Of a DNA stretch of 64,000 bases, positions 57,996-64,000 are shown in pieces (positions within the stretch are counted from its first letter, which is position 1; each line of letters opens with the position of its first letter). The notes beneath the pieces are model-generated. The model was not told where the DNA came from. It saw only the letters and a program-made list of their open reading frames with translations, and did no database searches. The translations under genes were made by a program, and so were the position numbers. The DNA is taken from positions 1,420 to 65,419 of the forward strand of contig JAZPYB010000009.1 of assembly GCA_045543955.1 (NCBI GenBank). Reading direction: 5' to 3'. The stretch is from Eubacteriales bacterium. GTDB lineage: Bacteria; Bacillota; Clostridia; Oscillospirales; CAG-272.

Positions 57996-58835
57996 TTATT
58001 CCCACCAAGAAAAGGTTTCTTTTTCAAATCGTGCGGAGCTGTCTCCATTAAGGTCAATTTTGTTTTTTTCCATATAATAGAAATACTTAAACTCGCTAGA
58101 GCCTGGAGTATAAAGAATAATTGAGTCTTGATCAAGCATAGATGTGTGCTTTTCACACCACTGCTTTGAAACATACATATATGAGTATTCATTCTTTTCT
58201 CCGTTTATAACCAATGTGGCTGTTCCGTCCTTATTAAAGGTAACATAGTTATTATCGGAATATTTATATGTTCCATAATATGATTTGGGGTCATACATTT
58301 TATCGGCAAAAGAAATCTCCGTGTGAGAAAATCTAAGACCGGTAGAATTAAGGAACATAGCTTCAGTAGTAAGCCAAAAAACATTAGCCTTGCTGTTGTC
58401 GCCGTCCTTGTTCTTGGTTATGATGGCTGGGTCTCCTACAAAATTGGTGTTTAAAGTGATTTTGCTTGCGTCTGAGTAAGAAATAACCTTAAATTCTTCT
58501 TTAGTTACTGTTTCTTTGCCTTTCATACCATTAGAAACAGTCATTGTGCAAATATTTTTACCAGCTGCAGTTTCGAAATTTACAGTGTAAAGCAATAAGC
58601 TTTCGCTGTCATAGGCGTAGTATGTGCCGAGCTTTTCGGGTTCAATCTCAATTTCTTCTAGTTCGTCATAATCATAGTCTGTAATATCATCTAATAAGCC
58701 TGAAAGCTCGCCCATAATTGAAAGCACAGCAATGATTACTGAAATAAGACCAACAAGGAAAATGAAAATGGAGGATAAGACGGTTTTGGTTTGCTTTTTG
58801 TTAAAATTTTGTTTATCAAATGTTTCGTTACTCAT
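57996..58835 (-). CDS. hypothetical membrane-anchored extracytoplasmic protein
   Basis: A single N-terminal TM (VLSSIFIFLVGLISVIIAVLSIM), then a beta-rich ~220-aa domain. No family recognised. Confidence 0.6.
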   Translation of the reverse strand: MSNETFDKQNFNKKQTKTVLSSIFIFLVGLISVIIAVLSIMGELSGLLDDITDYDYDELEEIEIEPEKLGTYYAYDSESLLLYTVNFETAAGKNICTMTVSNGMKGKETVTKEEFKVISYSDASKITLNTNFVGDPAIITKNKDGDNSKANVFWLTTEAMFLNSTGLRFSHTEISFADKMYDPKSYYGTYKYSDNNYVTFNKDGTATLVINGEKNEYSYMYVSKQWCEKHTSMLDQDSIILYTPGSSEFKYFYYMEKNKIDLNGDSSARFEKETFSWWE

Positions 58836-58849
58836 TTTTTGCTCCTTCC

Positions 58850-59530
58850 TTATTCAATTTCATATCGGTTGTAGGATATTCTACTGTCGCTAGTACGCCC
58901 GTCGTGGTAAAGATAAATAGAACCACCACTTTTGGTAACAACCTGCTTTAGTGTTTTTCCACAGCTTGGGCATATGTAATAGTCATCAAAGTAGTGAGTG
59001 AAGGAATGCTTATTATACTCGTTGAAGCTTGATATTTTTTCAGTTGTGTTGGACCAATATCTTTTGTGCTCTCTTTTTTCGCCACATTCTGGACATGTTT
59101 CCATGCGTTTTTTATCAGCAACTACGAAAAGAACAATTGATGCAATTATCTCAATAAATCCAGATCCTAGCAAAATGAGATTTCCTATACCATAATCAGG
59201 AATTAAAGCTATGATAATCGAAATTACAAATACAACACAAACGACTAAAGCAAAGCTTATTTTAAACTTCTTTTTCTTCTTTTTTGGATTTCCACTTGCT
59301 TGGTTATTCATCATTTGGTTAAGAGCGGCAGCTCGTGCATCTTGGTTAGCGGGAGTGGAAACCATTTCTTCATAGTCTTCGCTTTGCGCTAGTGGTGTTG
59401 CAGGCACTCTAATTGTCGTGCTTGTCTCATGTGGTGTAAAAGGCTGGTCTTCTTTTTCTATCTTATGACCACACTTGTTACAAAAGTTTGCATTGTCGGG
59501 AAGCGCATTCCCACAATTTGAACAAAACAT
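58850..59530 (-). CDS. zinc-ribbon domain-containing membrane protein
   Basis: Trimmed to MFCSNCGNALPDNANFCNKCG, which follows AAGGAGA. Two TM segments. A second ribbon CPECG...CPSCG. Confidence 0.7.
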   Translation of the reverse strand: MFCSNCGNALPDNANFCNKCGHKIEKEDQPFTPHETSTTIRVPATPLAQSEDYEEMVSTPANQDARAAALNQMMNNQASGNPKKKKKKFKISFALVVCVVFVISIIIALIPDYGIGNLILLGSGFIEIIASIVLFVVADKKRMETCPECGEKREHKRYWSNTTEKISSFNEYNKHSFTHYFDDYYICPSCGKTLKQVVTKSGGSIYLYHDGRTSDSRISYNRYEIE

Positions 59531-59562
59531 TTTTTTCTCCTTAAAATATGTATTTTTCGGTG

Positions 59563-59598
59563 AAAATAAAAAGTGCGCCCAACCGGAGTTGAACGCAC
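59563..59598 (-). terminator. intrinsic terminator inside the 5' leader of the zinc-ribbon gene
   Basis: Minus strand reads GTGCG-TT-CAAC-TCCG-GTTG-GG-CGCAC followed by TTTTTATTTT, about 30 nt before the SD. Confidence 0.55.
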
Positions 59599-59623
59599 CG
59601 AAAAACGTAGAACCCCAATTGTC

Positions 59624-59781
59624 GCCAAACAAACTCTATACAATATGGGTTACATACTATAATTAGACGGGGCACTACATTTTTACCAAATGTAATAAAA
59701 GCCTAATTATAGCATAGACAAAAAAGGGTATAGTTATCCCAAGAAAAAACACCCATAATTGTATTATTTAGTTTGTTTGGC
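59624..59781 (-). repeat. 158-nt nested inverted repeat (rod-like hairpin)
   Basis: Perfect 12-bp arms GCCAAACAAACT/AGTTTGTTTGGC. Inner arms are ~12 bp (ATACAATATGGGT/ACCCATAATTGTAT, one bulge), 10 bp (CTATAATTAG/CTAATTATAG) and 7 bp (TACATTT/AAATGTA). Confidence 0.7.
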
Positions 59782-59787
59782 AATTTT

Positions 59788-59816
59788 ATTTTATCATATC
59801 GAAGTCAATTTGTAAA
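59788..59816 (-). promoter_or_regulatory. sigma-A type promoter firing into the inverted repeat and leader
   Basis: Minus strand reads TTTACA, 17 nt, TGA-TAAAAT. The predicted start falls at the first base of the 12-bp arm. Confidence 0.5.
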
Positions 59817-59912
59817 GAGAAAAATATATAAAATCAAGCATTGGGAGATAATTCAATTCGTGGTACATAAAAGACAAATTTAGAATAGATATTTTTCTAA
59901 TAAGTAAAAATA

Positions 59913-59940
59913 AAAAGCACCTCAAACGAGGTGCTTTTGT
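59913..59940. terminator. bidirectional intrinsic terminator
   Basis: AAAGCACCTC-AAAC-GAGGTGCTTT with A and T flanks. Confidence 0.75.
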
Positions 59941-59949
59941 TTATGTAAA

Positions 59950-60285
59950 TTAATAATATAGTCCGCCGAATGAGCCTAGGAATGAAAAGATGAATACAAC
60001 ATAAACAATAGAGATGAGTATGCTCACGCCTGCGGAAATGGCAAATGTAATACCCCAGCCCTTAATAAATGTGCTTCTTGCAACAGTACCAGTTGGGTAA
60101 ATCAACAGTCCAATTACAAGACCGATTAGTCCAAGCAATATAGCAAGCAAAACACCCATACCTGTTTTAGACAATTGGAACTCAGGATTGCTCGCTGGGT
60201 TGTTTGGGTTATTAACAGCAGCGCCACAGTGTATGCAAACAACTGCGTTGTCATTAATTTCGTTTCCACAATTTTGACAGTACAT
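59950..60285 (-). CDS. zinc-ribbon domain-containing small membrane protein
   Basis: MYCQNCGNEINDNAVVCIHCG ribbon plus 2-3 TM segments. 111 aa. Confidence 0.7.
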   Translation of the reverse strand: MYCQNCGNEINDNAVVCIHCGAAVNNPNNPASNPEFQLSKTGMGVLLAILLGLIGLVIGLLIYPTGTVARSTFIKGWGITFAISAGVSILISIVYVVFIFSFLGSFGGLYY

Positions 60286-60434
60286 AATTTATCTCCTTTT
60301 GTCGAATTTTGTAGTAAATATATTTTATCACAGATGTTTTATTTTGTAAACCCTTATTAAATATATTATTGAAAACTTAGTCGATTTATGATATAATTGA
60401 TTTTAGATTTGAAGTTAAAATCAAGGAGACTAAA

Positions 60435-61136
60435 ATGCTTAAATATACAAGAAGTGTAATAGGAGATACAATTGACGCGGTAAAAAGAATAGCGCGCACT
60501 ATTGAGCTTATCGTTCAATTTGTTTATATAGCATATTTAATAATTGCAATAGCCTTGGGCAATGGTATTCTTTTTGCCAACATAGCGCTGTTGACTCTTT
60601 CCGTCGCTTATCTGGTTTACGATATCGCCTCGGCTAGAGAATGGTACACCAAGCTACAGGAAAAAATCAGAGACAATGTAAAGCAGGTTGTAAAAATCAC
60701 AAAAAAGGTTATACATATTGTAATTATCACAATAGCTATAATTGAGCTTTGCACCGAGCCGTTTGACCCCGTTTCACTTATTATGACATTTATAATGATT
60801 ATTGGCTTTGTTGTTTCGCTTTTGTTCGAAATAATAATTGGAGTGGTTGAGGACAGGAAGGAGTTACTGGTAAATGCAGTCGCGCTTGACCTCAAGCCTA
60901 AAAAAATAATAGATGTCGTGCATAAAATCACTCGCCACCAGCCCACCGAGGAGGAGCTGGCAGAGGAAAAAATGAGAGAAAGGCTCGACAAAATTTACGA
61001 GGAGCAAAAGGAAAAGAAGCAAAGAAAGAAGCTTTGGAAAGTTAGAATAAAGGAAAAAGAAAACGCAAAAAGAGAAAGAGCCGAAGCCAAAGAGAGGGAA
61101 GAAAGAGAAGAGCCCGAAAAGGTAAAATGGAAATAA
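60435..61136 (+). CDS. hypothetical membrane protein with Lys/Glu-rich C-terminal tail
   Basis: AAGGAGA RBS. Four hydrophobic segments, then a ~70-aa charged tail (EEKMRERLDKIYEEQKEKKQRKK...). Confidence 0.6.
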   Translation: MLKYTRSVIGDTIDAVKRIARTIELIVQFVYIAYLIIAIALGNGILFANIALLTLSVAYLVYDIASAREWYTKLQEKIRDNVKQVVKITKKVIHIVIITIAIIELCTEPFDPVSLIMTFIMIIGFVVSLLFEIIIGVVEDRKELLVNAVALDLKPKKIIDVVHKITRHQPTEEELAEEKMRERLDKIYEEQKEKKQRKKLWKVRIKEKENAKRERAEAKEREEREEPEKVKWK

Positions 61137-61140
61137 GAAA

Positions 61141-61163
61141 AGCACCCCAATGGGTGCTTTTTT
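61141..61163 (+). terminator. intrinsic terminator
   Basis: AGCACCC-AAT-GGGTGCT plus T6. Confidence 0.8.
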
Positions 61164-61183
61164 GTTTGATTGTAAGTCTAAAG

Positions 61184-61228
61184 CCTTCCCCACTGGGGAA
61201 GGTATCAATGCAGTTGACGGAAGAGGAG
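61184..61228 (+). repeat. two-hairpin intergenic repeat, copy E (variant stems)
   Basis: CCTTCCCC-ACT-GGGGAAGG T ATCAA-TGCA-GTTGA CGGAAGAGGAG. Confidence 0.75.
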
Positions 61229-61282
61229 AGCATTTCACTGTGAATATCATTGCAATTCGCTACGCAAACATTAAAATAAAAC

Positions 61283-61885
61283 TTACAATCCGGATTTTAT
61301 TAGCTCTCGCCGATAGCTTTCGGGTCTGTGGGCATCTATCATTGAGTAGCGCCCACGCGCGCCAATCTCAATCATATTTCCGACGTGAAAATAGCCGAGT
61401 GCACTCGGTGGCAAATGTGTAATCAAATCGTCAATGTTTTTAATAACAGTGAAATTAGTCCAGATTTTTTCGTGCTCTTTGGTTTTTAGTCCCCATAAAA
61501 CTCTCGGGCAGCCAAAGCCATAGCCCTCAATTTTGTCCTTCAAATCAGGGCGCACTCTCCATACATATTCGTGGCATAAAACCGCAAGTGCTGCCCCGTG
61601 GGAGTAACCCGAAATAACAATTTTACTCCATTCGTTGTCTAAAATTTGCTCCTTTAAAAGATCTTTTGCACTCTCCCACACGCCCAAAAACCCTCGATGT
61701 GCAAAAAAAGAGCCGTGAATTTTTGCAGGAAAGTCCAAATTATTCTTCCAGTCAATAGCTCCACTTGAGTCTTGAAAGTAGATATAAAGCGCATCTCCCA
61801 CTACTCGCGTGGCATAGTCAAGGTCGTTTTCTGCGTGAATATACGCAATGTGCGTCAAATTATAAAATAATGTAGATAATTTCAT
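61283..61885 (-). CDS. class 3 lipase family alpha/beta hydrolase
   Basis: GYSHGAA nucleophile elbow (GxSxG). 200 aa. Confidence 0.7.
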   Translation of the reverse strand: MKLSTLFYNLTHIAYIHAENDLDYATRVVGDALYIYFQDSSGAIDWKNNLDFPAKIHGSFFAHRGFLGVWESAKDLLKEQILDNEWSKIVISGYSHGAALAVLCHEYVWRVRPDLKDKIEGYGFGCPRVLWGLKTKEHEKIWTNFTVIKNIDDLITHLPPSALGYFHVGNMIEIGARGRYSMIDAHRPESYRRELIKSGL

Positions 61886-61967
61886 AGTACATTTTATGCT
61901 TTAACCCTTGAAATGCGTCAAATGTAATGTTAAAATAGAAGTAATTATAAACCAAAAGAGGTAAGCT

Positions 61968-63125
61968 ATGTATAATTTTTCCGACCTTGAAAAATATCTT
62001 GAAACAATTCCCGCAAAAGAGAGTACACCGGGTGGCAGCATTCGTGTTTACCATCACGGCAAGGAGGTTTTTGCCCATTCCTTCGGCTATGCCGACAGAG
62101 AAGAGAAAATCAAAATGACGGGTGACGAATACTACTTTATGTATTCAGCAACGAAGCCACTCACTTGTGCAACAGCATTGGCTGCTTATGAGGAGGGCGC
62201 TTTTATACTTGCAGAGCCTGTTTGGTGGTATCTCCCGGAGTTCAAAAACACCCAAGTAAAGGTGTATAACCCTGACTGCTCATTTAATCTCGTTCCACAA
62301 AAAAGAGAGATGGTTATTCAAGACCTTTTCACTATGAGCGCAGGGCTAAATTACGACACAGAGAACGCCGAAATTAGAAAAATAGCAGAAGAAACAGATG
62401 GACGTGCCCCTACCCGTGAGGTAATGAAGGGTATTGCAAAAATGCCGCTTGAATTCCAACCACGCGAGCGTTGGAATTATAGTCTTTGTCACGATGTTTT
62501 AGCCGGCGTTGTTGAGGTTGCAACAGGCGTCAGATTCTCTGAGTATATGAAAAAGAAAATTTTTGAGCCACTCGGTATGACAAAATCAACCTTCCGTGTT
62601 AATGATGAAATCTTGTCTAAAATGGCTCAACAATATACCTTTAATTATTCGAATGGCAAGGCAGAGGTAAAGGGCAAAACAAACGCATACATATTTGGTA
62701 GTGAGTATGACTCGGGTGGCGCTGGACTAATTACCACAATTGATGATTATGGTAAATTCGTACAAGCTATGTCCTGTGGCGGCAAAGCGCCCAACGGCAA
62801 CAGAATCTTGTCAGACCTTACAGTAAAATTGATGGGCACAAATATGCTCGACGAAAAGAGAATGCAACAGTTTTCAACGTGGCGCAACAACTGTGAATAT
62901 GGCTATGGCTTGGGTGTTCGCACCAAAATTTACGAGGGCTGGGGTGGTAACCTCTGCGCTCTTGGCGAGTTTGGTTGGGACGGTGCCGCAGGCTCCCTTT
63001 GCTCAATCGACCCAACAAACGAAATAGGTATAGTCTATACACAGCATATGCTAAACCCACACCACGAGCAAATACATCCTCGTATCAAAATGCTAGTTAA
63101 CCTAGCGCTAAGAACCAAAGAATAA
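61968..63125 (+). CDS. serine hydrolase, beta-lactamase/esterase (class C-like) family
   Basis: SATKP (SxxK) motif, YSL and GWDGAAG blocks. Confidence 0.8.
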   Translation: MYNFSDLEKYLETIPAKESTPGGSIRVYHHGKEVFAHSFGYADREEKIKMTGDEYYFMYSATKPLTCATALAAYEEGAFILAEPVWWYLPEFKNTQVKVYNPDCSFNLVPQKREMVIQDLFTMSAGLNYDTENAEIRKIAEETDGRAPTREVMKGIAKMPLEFQPRERWNYSLCHDVLAGVVEVATGVRFSEYMKKKIFEPLGMTKSTFRVNDEILSKMAQQYTFNYSNGKAEVKGKTNAYIFGSEYDSGGAGLITTIDDYGKFVQAMSCGGKAPNGNRILSDLTVKLMGTNMLDEKRMQQFSTWRNNCEYGYGLGVRTKIYEGWGGNLCALGEFGWDGAAGSLCSIDPTNEIGIVYTQHMLNPHHEQIHPRIKMLVNLALRTKE

Positions 63126-63130
63126 AATGA

Positions 63131-63159
63131 GAAAACCGCAGCACGCGGTTTTCTTTTTT
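63131..63159 (+). terminator. intrinsic terminator
   Basis: GAAAACCGC-AGCAC-GCGGTTTTC plus T6. Confidence 0.8.
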
Positions 63160-63174
63160 GTTCTATAAAACAAG

Positions 63175-63193
63175 CCTCCCCGTGTTAGGGGAG
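63175..63193 (+). repeat. two-hairpin repeat, partial copy F1 (hairpin 1 only)
   Basis: CCTCCCC-GTGTTA-GGGGAGG preceded by the AAG shared with copies C and E. Confidence 0.6.
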
Positions 63194-63219
63194 GAAATAA
63201 AGGAGGGGGAGTTTAGACA

Positions 63220-63263
63220 CCTCATCCGTCAACTTCGTTGACACCTTCCCCGTCAGGAGAAGG
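63220..63263 (-). repeat. two-hairpin intergenic repeat, copy F2 (inverted orientation)
   Basis: Plus strand reads CCTCATCC GTCAAC-TTC-GTTGAC A CCTTCC-CCGTCAG-GAGAAGG, the reverse complement of the family architecture. Confidence 0.8.
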
Positions 63264-63290
63264 CAAGTTAACAAAATGAAAGAATGTTGT

Positions 63291-63361
63291 GTCGTTTCGA
63301 CCGAAGTGGAGAAATCTTAAAAAGAGCCCAATTCTGTCATTCTGAGCTTGTCGAGAAATCT
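63291..63361 (+). repeat. second short repeat family, two tandem units
   Basis: GTCGTTTCGACCGAAGTGGAGAAATCT and GTCATTCTGAGCTTGTCGAGAAATCT. Both units end in GAGAAATCT followed by an A-run. Confidence 0.55.
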
Positions 63362-63560
63362 GAAAACAACGAATTTACAAAAAATTAACAATTTGGATTG
63401 ATTTGTACAATTTAAACAAAAATTCCCAATTTTCAAAAAATATCTAAAAATGCTTTGAACCGTTGTCGCTATTGACTTTTGCTAAAAACCACAAAAACAA
63501 AAAATCTTAAAAAAATTTTAAATTGTATTATTTTTGTACATTATTCACAAAAACAATGCA

Positions 63561-63576
63561 TTTTTTTTTTTTTTTT
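63561..63576. repeat. T16 homopolymer
   Basis: 16 consecutive T, ending 7 nt upstream of the -35 hexamer of the surface-protein-3 promoter. Confidence 0.95.
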
Positions 63577-63583
63577 GTTCAAC

Positions 63584-63612
63584 TTGACAGTTTTCCACAT
63601 ATATGTTAATAT
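63584..63612 (+). promoter_or_regulatory. sigma-A type promoter of surface protein 3
   Basis: TTGACA, 17 nt, TGT-TAATAT. Confidence 0.6.
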
Positions 63613-63653
63613 ACTACCATAAATAATGCGACACGCGTATAAAGGAGAATAAT

Positions 63654-64000
63654 ATGAAAAAGAAAATCTTTTTAACACTTGCAATAGTTATGGTTTTGAC
63701 CTGTCTATTTGCAATTGCTGTAAGTGCTACAAGAGTAGAGAATTATGAAGATACCTTTACACTTGTAAACTCAAGCATGATTCAGCATTATGAAAGACAC
63801 TATTACAACGAAACCCAGTACCACAAAAAATATTACACGGATACAATCACTGTAGAGTTTATTGACGAAGATGGTAATAATCTTACAACCGTTCCAATGT
63901 GGGAATATGATGTGGAAGAAGGCAGATACTACAGTCTTGTTTGGTATATCTCCGCTTTCGAATTCGGAAAAGAGACCGCAACCACGGTGATTTCTGATGT
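63654..64000 (+). CDS. secreted protein, 5' part (runs off window); signal peptide paralogous to the two LRR proteins
   Basis: ATG follows AAAGGAGA. MKKKIFLTLAIVMVLTCLFAIAVSA is close to MKKKILITVLIIVAMVCMFAISVSA of LRR-2. The frame is open to the window end. Confidence 0.7.
   Translation, partial: MKKKIFLTLAIVMVLTCLFAIAVSATRVENYEDTFTLVNSSMIQHYERHYYNETQYHKKYYTDTITVEFIDEDGNNLTTVPMWEYDVEEGRYYSLVWYISAFEFGKETATTVISD

Noticed and set aside
59573-59600. tRNA 3'-half fragment (possible att site) suggested by GTTCAACTCCGGTTGGGCGCAC
   Set aside because: The putative T-stem 5' arm does not pair and there is no CCA or acceptor match to any tRNA here. The sequence is better explained as a terminator hairpin followed by a U-tract.
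1-64000. CRISPR arrays, transposases, integrases, prophage or known defence systems
   Set aside because: Reading the ORF translations and intergenic regions showed no regularly spaced direct repeats, no DDE/serine/tyrosine recombinase motifs and no phage structural genes.

Overview
This is a low-GC Firmicutes (Clostridia-like) chromosomal segment with about 55 protein genes and one tRNA. Most of it is housekeeping: thiI-proA-proB, zapA-U32-maf-nth, serS, uvrB-uvrA, hslO, murC, spoVG, hisS-aspS, ribF, a Tex-like gene, and a PhoR/PhoP-like two-component pair beside a Na/Pi-PhoU transporter. Accessory content sits at the left edge (GH30, GH29-like, GH43, AraC regulator). It also includes three signal-peptide surface proteins, two of them BspA-type LRR proteins that share a ~240-aa C-terminal module. 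I saw no CRISPR array, transposase, integrase, prophage or recognisable defence system. The most unusual signal is non-coding. A ~45-nt two-hairpin intergenic repeat occurs at 7-8 loci, and its stems change between copies while pairing is kept. At two loci the repeat is flanked by a diverged duplicate of the neighbouring gene terminus. One of these is a still in-frame GH43 3' end that differs from the functional copy only at synonymous sites. Other candidates:
- a GC-rich structured RNA with its own terminator at 14.85-15.03 kb
- a ~250-nt leader (rod-like inverted repeat plus terminator) upstream of a zinc-ribbon membrane gene
- a T16 tract abutting a surface-protein promoter
- an Nth-GNAT fusion
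- a NifU-like/GGGtGRT gene pair
- tandem PHP-domain paralogs

All family calls come from reading the translations and from memory; no database search was run.
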